Shown here: positions 20,464 through 29,531 of the stretch, piece by piece
How the letters are laid out: each line of letters begins with the position of its first letter
Position numbering within the stretch: the stretch's first letter is position 1
IMG/VR virus record: IMGVR_UViG_3300025674_000016
Span: 91,703 to 155,702 of that record
DNA from: a virus
Reading direction: 5' to 3' (one strand)
DNA length: 64,000 bases
Translations under genes and position numbers: made by a program
The notes under the pieces: model-generated
Database searches by the model: none
The model's input: the letters and a program-made list of their open reading frames with translations, nothing else
What the model was told of the DNA's origin: nothing

Positions 20464-20520
20464 GTTCGCAGATGGTTGAACGCCATCAACTATAGACCCA
20501 TTAACACATAGGAGGAAAAA

Positions 20521-21276
20521 ATGGGACTTAACATGGATAAGATTCGCGCTAAGTACAATGCTCTCAAGAACGGTGGTGCCAAGGGTGAAACCAAGAACAA
20601 CTTCTGGAAGCCTCAAGAAGGTGAGCAGACAATTCGTATTGTGCCTACGCCCGATGGTGATCCGTTCCGAGACTATTGGTTCCACTACAACGTGGGCAAG
20701 GCAATGGGCTTCTTGAGCCCAAAAAAGAACTTTGGCGAGGAAGATCCCTTGAATGACTTTGTTCGTTCTCTCTGGTCCGACTACAACCAAACTCAAGACG
20801 AGGAAACCAAAAAGCTGGCAAAAGACCTGAGCGCCAAGCAACGTTTCTTTGCTCCTGTGCTTGTGCGAGGAGAGGAAGATCAGGGTGTTCGCATCTGGGG
20901 CTTCTCCAAGACTGTCTACGAGGATATTCTGGGCATGATCTTGGACCCTGACTATGGTGATATCACCGACATTGATCGAGGGTTTGACTTGAAGGTCACA
21001 TACGGTAAGCCTGCTGGAGCGCAGTATCCAAAGACCACAATCAAGGCTCGTCGTAACCCTACGCCCCTGAGCGAGGATAGAAACCAGGTGTCTGCTTGGC
21101 TGGACAACATTCCAGACTACAACACCCTGTTCCCTCGCAAGACCCCTCAAGAAGTCCAAGTTATTTTGGACGAGTTCCTGATGGCGGGTTCCAACCCTGA
21201 AGAGGTCTCCTCCGAGACCACCCGCTACTCAAACGGTGCAACCGACGTTGACAAGGCTTTCGACGACCTTCTCTGA
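20521..21276 (+). CDS. Single-stranded DNA-binding protein (gp32-like)
   Basis: FWKP..G...IRIVP, DYGDITD...G.DL, acidic tail AFDDLL. Confidence 0.85.
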   Translation: MGLNMDKIRAKYNALKNGGAKGETKNNFWKPQEGEQTIRIVPTPDGDPFRDYWFHYNVGKAMGFLSPKKNFGEEDPLNDFVRSLWSDYNQTQDEETKKLAKDLSAKQRFFAPVLVRGEEDQGVRIWGFSKTVYEDILGMILDPDYGDITDIDRGFDLKVTYGKPAGAQYPKTTIKARRNPTPLSEDRNQVSAWLDNIPDYNTLFPRKTPQEVQVILDEFLMAGSNPEEVSSETTRYSNGATDVDKAFDDLL

Positions 21277-21296
21277 TCCTTTTTAACCTAACCCAA

Positions 21297-21320
21297 GGGG
21301 GCCATCGTGCCCCCGCTTTT
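21297..21320 (+). terminator. Probable terminator after SSB
   Basis: GGGGGC-catcgt-GCCCCC followed by gcTTTT. Confidence 0.6.
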
Positions 21321-21332
21321 CAAGGAGACAAA

Positions 21333-22421
21333 ATGGTTGACATTGAAGCAATGCGCAAATTGCTTAACAAAAAGGCAGGTATGCCCGTTGCGCACAATCT
21401 TAAACAACAAAACCCAACAGAGGTAAAAGATTGGATTCCAACTGGCTCTCGCTGGTTGGACTCAATTATTTGTCGTGGCAAGTTGGCCGGTATTCCTGTT
21501 GGAAAGGTGGTTGAGATTGCAGGGCTGGAAGCAACTGGCAAGAGCTATATGGCCGCCAAGATCGCAAGCAACGCCCAGCGTCTAGGTCATACTGTAGTTT
21601 ATTTTGACTCAGAGTCAGCGATTGACCCAAGCTTTCTTGCAAATGCTGGGTGCGATGTCGAGACCCTTATCTATGTTCAGGCCCAGACTGTTGAGTTTGT
21701 GTTGGAGTCCATTGAGGAGTTCTTGAAGACCGGAGAACAGTTTTTATTTATTTGGGATTCTCTTGCTCTGACGCCTGCTATTTCCGATGTTGAGGGCGAC
21801 TTTAATCCCCTATCATCTATGGCTGTCAAAGCAAGAATCTTGGCAAAGGCAATGTCAAAGATTACGATCCCAATTGCCAATTCTCAATCAACCTTATTGG
21901 TCCTCAACCAGTTAAAGACGAACATCACTAGGAACCCCAACATGGCCCTCGTTGAGCCCTACGTTACTCCTGGTGGCAAGGCGATGGCTTATACTTACAG
22001 CCTTCGCATCTGGCTAACTGGTCGTAAATCAAAGGCGTCCTATATCAACGACGACAACGGATTCAGAATCGGCTCAGAAGTAAAGGCTACGTTGAAGAAA
22101 TCTCGCTTTGGAACGGCAGGAAGGCAAGCAACGTTTAAGATCCTATGGGGCGATGAGGTGAGGATCTTAGACGAAGAAAGTTGGCTGGAGGCTATTAAAA
22201 AAAGCAAGAACATCACGATCAAGGGCTCGTGGTATTACATGAATATGGGCAACGGAGAGGAAATGAAGTTCCAGCCCGGACGTTGGATGGATATGATGGA
22301 GAATCCAGAGTTCAAAGCTCGCGTACTAGAGATCATGGAAGAAGAGGTTATCCTCAACTTCAAGAACCGCGAAGGAGATTCTCAAGGCTTTTATGATATT
22401 GACGGTGATGAAGATGAATAA
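21333..22421 (+). CDS. recA: RecA/UvsX recombinase
   Basis: WIPTGS..LD, Walker A GLEATGKS, YFDSE, WDS, LNQ, TPGGKA. Confidence 0.93.
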   Translation: MVDIEAMRKLLNKKAGMPVAHNLKQQNPTEVKDWIPTGSRWLDSIICRGKLAGIPVGKVVEIAGLEATGKSYMAAKIASNAQRLGHTVVYFDSESAIDPSFLANAGCDVETLIYVQAQTVEFVLESIEEFLKTGEQFLFIWDSLALTPAISDVEGDFNPLSSMAVKARILAKAMSKITIPIANSQSTLLVLNQLKTNITRNPNMALVEPYVTPGGKAMAYTYSLRIWLTGRKSKASYINDDNGFRIGSEVKATLKKSRFGTAGRQATFKILWGDEVRILDEESWLEAIKKSKNITIKGSWYYMNMGNGEEMKFQPGRWMDMMENPEFKARVLEIMEEEVILNFKNREGDSQGFYDIDGDEDE

Positions 22422-24342
22422 AAACTTTATCTTCATATTGTTCGCAGTCGCCTTCTTGTCTTGTCAAGAGGGTGGCAGGTCCGTTGAAACCCCCTGTGAG
22501 AAGGGGGATATTATGTTGTGTGATGGTGAGACAGTTGGCAACTGCGAGCCTGGATATCGTGTGTGTTTTGAGAATGTTTTGGACAATCCAGTAACAACCT
22601 ATTGGAGCGAATGTATAGACCGCAAAGACCCCGAAGAAGAACGCTGCAACTATAGTGATGACGATTGTGATGGTGAGATAGATGAGGGTGTTGCAAACCT
22701 TTGTGGCAAGTGTGGTCTTGAGCCACAAGAACTTTGCAATAAAAATGATGACGATTGCGATGGTGAGATAGATGAAGGTTTCGCTGGGCAAAGAGAGCTT
22801 TGCAATGGTATTGATGAAGACTGTGACGGGGTAATTGATGAGGGTCTAAGCAAGCGTCAAGCTTGCGAGCCACCAAATGTTCAAGCAGGAATAATTTATA
22901 ATGATGACCCCGGCTCAAGGTCTTCTTGTTTAAGGGGCTGGACAGAGTGCAGAGAAGGCAGTTGGACACCTTGTGCAGAGTGGCAAGGACCAACGCCTGA
23001 AATCTGTGATGGCATCGACAACAATTGTAATGGCGACACAGATGAAATTGACGCACTTAGAAGGCCATGTGGATTTTCTAATATAGGGCAGTGCGAATTT
23101 GGTATTGAGATCTGCTTTGACAACGATATTATCTGTGTTGATAGTGTTGGACCGCAAAATGAAATTTGCGATGGAATCGACAATGACTGCGACTGGTATA
23201 TTGATGAAGAATTAGCTCGTGAGTGTTCAACCATTTGCGGCGAAGGAGTGGAGAGGTGCCAAGAAGGCACTTGGATTGACTGCACTGCCCCACAGCCAGT
23301 TGCTGAAGTTTGTAATGGTGTTGATGATGACTGCGATGGCCTAGTGGATGAAGATATTTTTTGTGAGTGTCAAGCAGGTGCAATGCAGCCTTGTATTGCA
23401 GAGCCTTGTGGCTGGGGCACTCAAGTTTGTTTAGAGGAGGGAGTTTGGGATGTTTGTGTTGGCGGAGTTGTTCAAGCTGAGCTTTGCAATAATCACGATG
23501 ACAATTGCAACCAACAGGTTGATGAGAACCTTTCAAGACCGTGTTATGAAGGGCCTGAGAACACTCAGGGTGTTGGAGTATGCGTTGGAGGCATAGCAGA
23601 GTGCAGAGAGGGGGAGTGGCAAGATTGTGTCGGCCAAGTTGTTCCCAATCAAGAATTATGCGACGGCATCGATAACGACTGTGATGGAAACATTGATAAC
23701 CTTGAAAGATTTTTTGAAAAGGTCGATATGGTCTTCGTTGTTGATGTATCCGGTTCGATGAATAGTTTTATTGATTCTATAGCGACTGGTATCACAAGAT
23801 ATGTGAGCAGTATTCGAGGGCAAAATCATAAATTTGGTTTGATTTTGTATGGATCAAACTTCTATACTGATTATGGAGAATCTATTTTATTTTTACAACT
23901 CTCTGAAATAAGCGATCTCCTGCTTGCTTTGGCTAATATAATTCTTAGTGGACAAGATGAGCCTTCGATTGATGCGATTTTCTTTGCATCCAACCCATCG
24001 AATGAGTTACAATTGGCCTGGAGATCAGACGCAACTCCAATTATTATTTTGCTTAGCGATGAGGAACCACAAACTAGGCTGTTTTTAACTCAACAAGATT
24101 TACAGGGCTTAACAAGAACTTGTTTGCTGCCTGGTTGCAATTCGCAAACAAACGATAATTGGACAGACGGAGACCCACTTGAACTTTTTGCTTTTGTTGA
24201 GTCATCATCGATTATCTTTTGGGAAAGTGCAATATTCGCAGAAGGCAACAGAGTATTCAACATTCAGAGATTGCTCTTTGACGACATGCTTGAGGCAGAT
24301 TTAGAACTAATTTTCAGGGAGGTGTGCAGAGAAACAGAATGA
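22414..24342 (+). CDS. Lipoprotein with many E.C(N/D)G.D(N/D)DCDG..DE repeats (MopE-type metal-binding motif) and a C-terminal vWA domain
   Basis: Signal peptide ending FLSC; about 8 Cys/Asp repeats; MIDAS motif DVSGS and LLSDE. Confidence 0.8.
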   Translation: MNKNFIFILFAVAFLSCQEGGRSVETPCEKGDIMLCDGETVGNCEPGYRVCFENVLDNPVTTYWSECIDRKDPEEERCNYSDDDCDGEIDEGVANLCGKCGLEPQELCNKNDDDCDGEIDEGFAGQRELCNGIDEDCDGVIDEGLSKRQACEPPNVQAGIIYNDDPGSRSSCLRGWTECREGSWTPCAEWQGPTPEICDGIDNNCNGDTDEIDALRRPCGFSNIGQCEFGIEICFDNDIICVDSVGPQNEICDGIDNDCDWYIDEELARECSTICGEGVERCQEGTWIDCTAPQPVAEVCNGVDDDCDGLVDEDIFCECQAGAMQPCIAEPCGWGTQVCLEEGVWDVCVGGVVQAELCNNHDDNCNQQVDENLSRPCYEGPENTQGVGVCVGGIAECREGEWQDCVGQVVPNQELCDGIDNDCDGNIDNLERFFEKVDMVFVVDVSGSMNSFIDSIATGITRYVSSIRGQNHKFGLILYGSNFYTDYGESILFLQLSEISDLLLALANIILSGQDEPSIDAIFFASNPSNELQLAWRSDATPIIILLSDEEPQTRLFLTQQDLQGLTRTCLLPGCNSQTNDNWTDGDPLELFAFVESSSIIFWESAIFAEGNRVFNIQRLLFDDMLEADLELIFREVCRETE

Positions 24343-24566
24343 AGAAAAATAAAGAATGGGTCAACAGTCCAGACCACTACAATCAATCTAAAAAAGAGTT
24401 GTGGGATATTTTCCTTGACTTGGGTTGCGCAGAAGGGTATTGTGTTTCAAGTATCTACAAGTATGTCTATAGACACAAAGAAAAGAACGGAGTCCAAGAC
24501 TTAAAGAAAGCGAGAGCATGCTTGGACTTTTTAATCGAACACTATGACGAAATATTTGAGGAGTGA
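24339..24566 (+). CDS. DUF3310-family phage protein
   Basis: VNSPDHY, KY.YR...KNG.QDL.KA. Confidence 0.85.
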   Translation: MKKNKEWVNSPDHYNQSKKELWDIFLDLGCAEGYCVSSIYKYVYRHKEKNGVQDLKKARACLDFLIEHYDEIFEE

Positions 24567-24868
24567 AAATGGTAACACAAAAAGACGTAAAACATTTAAA
24601 GTCTCTTTACAAGTTGCCTAAGCATCAAATCAAAAAACACCCTGAGTTTAAGGCATTTGAGCTGGTTCCGAAGATCCCCAAGCGAGGGACAAATATCGAC
24701 GTTATTCTTATGGAGGAGGACAAAGAAAAAACAATTCGCTTTCTCTTCAGCAAGAACAATGAATCCTTTGTTAGCGTAGACATGAACACTAGCGAGGATA
24801 AGACCTGGGAAGAGTTTATCGTTGAGAACAAAAGCTTTTTTGATTATCTAAGGAGGACAAAGAAATGA
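24563..24868 (+). CDS. Hypothetical protein
   Basis: Coupled ORF with SD GAGGAG. Confidence 0.55.
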   Translation: MKMVTQKDVKHLKSLYKLPKHQIKKHPEFKAFELVPKIPKRGTNIDVILMEEDKEKTIRFLFSKNNESFVSVDMNTSEDKTWEEFIVENKSFFDYLRRTKK

Positions 24869-25158
24869 ATTACGGAGAGATTAAGCTAGAAACGGATAGC
24901 GTTAGCGCACTAACAGATAGTAGTGGAAACGAACTAGAAGGGTTATATCTTCTCAGGCTCGCCAAGTGGGTCCATCTTCTTGATGAGGACAAGTGGGTCA
25001 AACTTGATGCGCCTCTTGTTGAGGGAGGGGTGGTTAGGGAAGTCGAGCCACACACCGAAGGTGCAATGAGAATTATATTGCATGATACAAGTGAAGAATT
25101 CTTTAACCCCCACCATCACTGGTTTGTTCCACTTGAGGGAGGACAAAAAAATGAGTGA
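24865..25158 (+). CDS. Hypothetical protein
   Basis: SD AGGAGG; ATGA coupling. Confidence 0.6.
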   Translation: MNYGEIKLETDSVSALTDSSGNELEGLYLLRLAKWVHLLDEDKWVKLDAPLVEGGVVREVEPHTEGAMRIILHDTSEEFFNPHHHWFVPLEGGQKNE

Positions 25159-25489
25159 AAAAGAGATTATGATTGGCATTTGGGACTGCGACTTGCCGCC
25201 GGATGAGTTAGGTAGAAGATTTATTGCTATGCCTGACACTTTCTTTAAAGAATATACAGAGGTATATATCGACACAATAAATAAACCATCCATGCTTGTA
25301 CATGGCCCCAATGACGATGGATTTAGAAGAAACTATAGGGGAATACGCCAGGTTGGCCCACCCGATAATGGTTTCGATCAGTATTTTCATAGCTTGGGCT
25401 ATAAGGAGGGAGATCAGTTCCCGATAACTGTAGAGTGTTGTGACAACCAGTTCTGGCTTGTGAACCCAGGAGAGTTAGGCCGAGAATGA
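25151..25489 (+). CDS. Hypothetical protein
   Basis: SD GGAGG before MSEKE. Confidence 0.55.
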   Translation: MSEKEIMIGIWDCDLPPDELGRRFIAMPDTFFKEYTEVYIDTINKPSMLVHGPNDDGFRRNYRGIRQVGPPDNGFDQYFHSLGYKEGDQFPITVECCDNQFWLVNPGELGRE

Positions 25490-25505
25490 AGGATTTTTAC
25501 AAAAT

Positions 25506-25727
25506 ATGCGAAATATGAAAGTTAGAGGGGACTTTTGCCCTAGTTGCAAGAAAATAACAGAGTGGCACCCCATTCCTGATTCGCTAGCTTCTTTCTGTGA
25601 GTGCGGCTTTGTTCGGTGCGGATGGGGCAAGAAGGATGAAAGCGGGACAAGAATTTATGATGCGGGCGTCACAATACAAGAGTGGCTGGAGTGGCTACAT
25701 AAGAGATCTGAGGAGGAAGAGGAATGA
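25506..25727 (+). CDS. Small zinc-ribbon protein
   Basis: CPSC...CECG. Confidence 0.5.
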   Translation: MRNMKVRGDFCPSCKKITEWHPIPDSLASFCECGFVRCGWGKKDESGTRIYDAGVTIQEWLEWLHKRSEEEEE

Positions 25728-26050
25728 GCGATGAATTTGCAGATAAGAAAGGGATTCGTTGGAATCCCAAAGAAATGCTCAATGACCTGTGGCAGCGTCT
25801 CGAAACTGCAAAAGCATTTCACAAGGTTGCCGTAGAAGAAAGAGACTATGAAAGAGCCCTCTGTGACCGATACAAAAAAGAACTGTACGAACTTCGCTCA
25901 CTTTATGAGGGTGTTCTTTCTCGCATCAACAAGTTGGAAGACGACACAAGAGCAGCAATAGAGTTTAATGAAGATGTGTTGCATGATGATACTGCTACCC
26001 TGATGATCTTAGAGTTTTGCGAGGACATTACAAAGTTGGTTGGAGAATAA
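25724..26050 (+). CDS. Hypothetical coiled-coil protein
   Basis: SD GAGGA; coupled. Confidence 0.55.
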   Translation: MSDEFADKKGIRWNPKEMLNDLWQRLETAKAFHKVAVEERDYERALCDRYKKELYELRSLYEGVLSRINKLEDDTRAAIEFNEDVLHDDTATLMILEFCEDITKLVGE

Positions 26051-26051
26051 A

Positions 26052-26291
26052 ATGAGCGCAGACATTGAACTTTTTAGAGACACTCATTATGGCTTAGAAA
26101 CTTCTTTATCTATGGAAATAAAGGCGCAAGGCTGGGTTTCTTTATGTATTGAAAACGATCATGTAAAAGCCCCCGGCGATTCTCAAATCTCTGAGGTGTG
26201 GCTAAACTTGCAAGAAGAAGAACATAGAAATGTCGCCAAAAACCTTATCAAACATCTACAACACCAACTAAACATTTGGGATGAGAAATGA
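26052..26291 (+). CDS. Hypothetical protein, paralog of 26830..27054
   Basis: Shared W..L...E.R.....LI.HLQHQL.I C-terminus. Confidence 0.55.
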   Translation: MSADIELFRDTHYGLETSLSMEIKAQGWVSLCIENDHVKAPGDSQISEVWLNLQEEEHRNVAKNLIKHLQHQLNIWDEK

Positions 26292-26355
26292 GTGAAAACA
26301 ACAACTACACAACAAAGGACAAAGAAATGAGTGAAAACAACAACTACACAACAAA
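26284..26355 (+). repeat. 33-nt direct repeat (39-nt period) duplicating the start of ORF 26288
   Basis: AGAAATGAGTGAAAACAACAACTACACAACAAA occurs twice. Confidence 0.9.
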
Positions 26356-26833
26356 AGAAAAATGGGAAAAGACCGGCCTACTTGATTCTCTTTCTGACGA
26401 GAAAGCAAGCAAAATTGCACATCTATTCGAGAACCAGGCCCGATACCTAATGAGCACTTTTAGTGATCGAGACATTCCTAGCGAGTTTGGATTTTTAAAT
26501 AGATCCTTTGCGATAATTCGGGATGTCTTTGAAGGGGATGACTTGTCTTTTACATTTGAAGCAACCAACCTCCCTGCCTTTATTTACGCAAAAGAAGGAC
26601 AAACTGATGAAGAGGGGGCGGCCATGACAACCACGCCCCATCAGTTCGACACCCAGCCCACGAGTGAAGACGACGCCACTATTGCTGAAATTGTGAGAAA
26701 AGAACTTAATAGTAGGTACGCTGGCAAACATTTGATCTTTGGTGCGCCGCTTGTGGATGTTAACGGTTTTGGCTGTGTCTGCGCGGCTGTTGACGGCGGC
26801 TCAAGATTGGTTTTTGGAGGATATGAGAAATGA
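26288..26833 (+). CDS. Protein containing a homolog of the major capsid protein N-terminus
   Basis: KWEKTGLLDSL...IAHLFENQARYL...F.IIRDVF aligns with MCP KWEQTGLLEGM...MAVLLENQAKEL...FPIVRRVF. Confidence 0.75.
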   Translation: MSENNNYTTKDKEMSENNNYTTKEKWEKTGLLDSLSDEKASKIAHLFENQARYLMSTFSDRDIPSEFGFLNRSFAIIRDVFEGDDLSFTFEATNLPAFIYAKEGQTDEEGAAMTTTPHQFDTQPTSEDDATIAEIVRKELNSRYAGKHLIFGAPLVDVNGFGCVCAAVDGGSRLVFGGYEK

Positions 26834-27054
26834 GTAGTAGCGTCGAAATAAAAGATGATGGTTGTAAATCTCTTTCTCTCGACATAAGAACATCTGGTGT
26901 CGGACTTGAGGTTTGGAGAGAGGACGCCGAAGGGACGGAACTTATTACGATCTGGTTTGGTCTAAGGCGTAAGGAAGACAGAGAAGAATTACAAAAACTT
27001 ATTTTTCATCTCCAACATCAATTGGAGATTCATGAGAGGTTAGGTTGGGAATGA
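26830..27054 (+). CDS. Hypothetical protein, paralog of 26052..26291
   Basis: HLQHQL motif; SD GGAGG. Confidence 0.55.
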   Translation: MSSSVEIKDDGCKSLSLDIRTSGVGLEVWREDAEGTELITIWFGLRRKEDREELQKLIFHLQHQLEIHERLGWE

Positions 27055-27365
27055 ACGAGGCAAAGAGAATAAAAAAGTTCCTGCGAAACAAAGACAATAA
27101 AGTTATTGTAAAAATTGTTGAGACAGACCCTTGGGGTGGAGATGTGGTCTTGACCACTACATTGACTTATGATGATCTGGTAAAAGAAACCTTGCTATGG
27201 GAACAAAAGTTCAAGCAGGACTACGGATGCTTACCGGGAATTGTTATGGATGCCCCCTGGCTTATCTACTTTGTCACAATAGAGAATAAAGAAGGCGAGG
27301 AGCTTTATAAAAAAACTTTCTGGAAGAAGGAAGAAACAAGAGAATTCCTTAATGACGAGGGATGA
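27051..27365 (+). CDS. Hypothetical protein
   Basis: Coupled ORF. Confidence 0.5.
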   Translation: MNEAKRIKKFLRNKDNKVIVKIVETDPWGGDVVLTTTLTYDDLVKETLLWEQKFKQDYGCLPGIVMDAPWLIYFVTIENKEGEELYKKTFWKKEETREFLNDEG

Positions 27366-27769
27366 TGATGAATAGGTTTTACCAGAGACTTGTGGACATT
27401 ACGTCTAATGAGCGGTATTTTTACAGTGATTTCGATATCACTTTCGGAAAGCAGAAAGGGCCAAACCCAGATCCCATCGAGGTTCGTTGTAGTTTTCAAG
27501 ATTTGGTAAAGCTTTGTGATGACATTGAATCTGAAGGGTTCACGGGAATCATTGAGTTGGACCCTAGAAGGCTTTTGTTTGGAGTTCGCTTCGTGACCCA
27601 TGTCGGAGATCCCGATGAGATTGTAAAGGTTTTTTGTGACGTGAGGGGTATCCACCTCATCATCCAAAGCCTTAAATTGAGTTATCCCGATGTAGTCGAA
27701 GAATTTAACACTCTTTTTTCATCTGAAGGTGAGCCTTTCTTTTCCAAGTTGGCTTTGAGGTGGAGGTGA
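27362..27769 (+). CDS. Hypothetical protein
   Basis: Coupled ORF with SD GAGG. Confidence 0.5.
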   Translation: MMMNRFYQRLVDITSNERYFYSDFDITFGKQKGPNPDPIEVRCSFQDLVKLCDDIESEGFTGIIELDPRRLLFGVRFVTHVGDPDEIVKVFCDVRGIHLIIQSLKLSYPDVVEEFNTLFSSEGEPFFSKLALRWR

Positions 27770-27773
27770 TAAA

Positions 27774-27962
27774 ATGAAACCAGGTAATTTGGTAAAGCCT
27801 AAACACAAATACTCCTACAACGAAGCGGGGATTGGGGTATTGCTTGAAATAGAAAAAGGCTTTTATAGACATAATGATTATTTCCAAGATCGTTTGACAA
27901 TATATTGGCTCCACGGGGAGGTAACTAGAGAACCTGATTCTTATGTGGAGGTGATAAAATGA
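27774..27962 (+). CDS. Small KOW/SH3-like protein (K.GDLV family)
   Basis: MKPGNLVK...GVLL...IYW; SD GGAGG. Confidence 0.6.
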   Translation: MKPGNLVKPKHKYSYNEAGIGVLLEIEKGFYRHNDYFQDRLTIYWLHGEVTREPDSYVEVIK

Positions 27963-28192
27963 ATTGTGAAGATTGTGAAAAAGAAGTAAGGGCGGCAACT
28001 GCTCCTATGTGGGTGACAATTGAACACCAAGCATTACAACTACGACAGATCTCTCAACTATGCTGGGAGATCGTAAATGAGTTGCAAGAAGCAGACAACC
28101 TCCTAGTTGGTGAATACCCAGACGAGTTTTCAAAAGTCTTTGATATTGCAGGTGAAATCGAGGATTGGTTAGTGAGGACAAAGAAAAAATAA
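27959..28192 (+). CDS. Hypothetical protein
   Basis: SD GGAGG. Confidence 0.5.
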   Translation: MNCEDCEKEVRAATAPMWVTIEHQALQLRQISQLCWEIVNELQEADNLLVGEYPDEFSKVFDIAGEIEDWLVRTKKK

Positions 28193-28223
28193 CTATTTAT
28201 ATTCACCACAGGAGGGTAAGAAG

Positions 28224-28520
28224 TTGAAGATAATAAAGTCAAAACTAATACAAATAATTAAAGAAGAGCTTGATAAAGAGGCGGTGAGGTCAGAAAAGGA
28301 GGCGGCTGTCGATTCCTTGCTGGGCAGTAGGCCACTTACCATTCCTCAACTAGAGCTTCTTTTTCCAAATTCTGAAGCTGAAGATATAAAAAATATAGAA
28401 ACAGAACTTAAAAAGTTTGAAGAATTTGACCGCGAAGGGTACAGAGAAGCCTTGCTTGACCTTCTTTATCAACAGAAACCTATTGACCCCGAAGGAAACC
28501 CCTTGGAATTCTCCTCTTGA
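28224..28520 (+). CDS. Probable internal head protein with capsid-targeting-type leader
   Basis: AACTATTTA at 28191; N-terminus MKIIKSKLIQIIKEE. Confidence 0.55.
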   Translation: MKIIKSKLIQIIKEELDKEAVRSEKEAAVDSLLGSRPLTIPQLELLFPNSEAEDIKNIETELKKFEEFDREGYREALLDLLYQQKPIDPEGNPLEFSS

Positions 28521-28545
28521 CATCCCACCCCTAATCGTCTATAAT
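28517..28545 (+). promoter_or_regulatory. Consensus sigma70 promoter
   Basis: TTGACA-N17-TATAAT. Confidence 0.85.
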
Positions 28546-28576
28546 CCTCCTTACCTCAAGCAACTAAGGAGGAGCA

Positions 28577-29530
28577 ATGAGTAGAATTTTAATTGTAGAC
28601 GCACAAAACATGCTTGTAAGAAATTGGGTCGTTGACCCTAGCCTAGCCCTTAATGGGGCTCCGATTGGAGGACTAAAGGGTTTTCTCAAGAGTTTGCAAA
28701 AAGTCTCCAGAGAGACCAATCCAGATAAGATCGTTATTTGCTGGGATGGAGAGGGAGGGTCAAAAAGGAGAAAAACGCAAAACAAAAATTACAAGAAAGG
28801 TCGAAAACCAATAAGATTGAATAGATCTTCTAATAATTTAAATCAAGCAGAGATAGACCAGAACAGAATCTGGCAGCAGTTGCGGCTTGTTGAGTACCTT
28901 AATGAGATGCCAGTATATCAACTTATGCTAAAGCATGTTGAGGCTGACGACTTGATTGCCTTTACAACACAATTTCAAGACTTTAAAGATGATCAAAAAG
29001 TTATTGTGTCCTCGGACAAAGACTTCTTTCAACTTTGCAACAAAAACACCATCTTGATAAGACCAATTCAAAAGGTCATCTTAAATGAAAGCAAGATAGT
29101 TGAGGAATACAACATCCACCCAAACAACTTTGCTCTTGCTCGTGCTATTTGCGGCGACAAATCAGATAACATTGAGGGCATCCAGGGTGCGGGCTTGCCA
29201 ACGGTTGCAAAGCGTTTTCCTTTTTTGAAAGAAGAGAAGTCTTATACCGTGTCTGATATCGTGAATCACTGCGAAGAACAAGAAAAAAAGCTTGTTGTCC
29301 ATGAAAGAATCCTCAAGGGCAAGGATAAAGTGCTTGACAACTATAAGCTTATGCAACTATACTCTCCAACAATGTCGCCACAGGGCGCAGGACTTCTCAG
29401 AGAAGAGTTAAGAAATAAAAAGTTAATTTTCAACAAAACCAAACTCACAACAATGATGTTTAAGGATGGAATCGGTGAATACAACTGGACAGATCTCTGG
29501 AATTGCTACAACAACATCGTCTGGGGCTGA
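28577..29530 (+). CDS. 5'-3' exonuclease/flap endonuclease (PolI N-domain / T4 RNase H-like)
   Basis: LIVDAQN, WDG, YK.GR, EADD, SSDKDF.QL, GDKSDNI.G. Confidence 0.92.
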   Translation: MSRILIVDAQNMLVRNWVVDPSLALNGAPIGGLKGFLKSLQKVSRETNPDKIVICWDGEGGSKRRKTQNKNYKKGRKPIRLNRSSNNLNQAEIDQNRIWQQLRLVEYLNEMPVYQLMLKHVEADDLIAFTTQFQDFKDDQKVIVSSDKDFFQLCNKNTILIRPIQKVILNESKIVEEYNIHPNNFALARAICGDKSDNIEGIQGAGLPTVAKRFPFLKEEKSYTVSDIVNHCEEQEKKLVVHERILKGKDKVLDNYKLMQLYSPTMSPQGAGLLREELRNKKLIFNKTKLTTMMFKDGIGEYNWTDLWNCYNNIVWG

Positions 29531-29531
29531 A

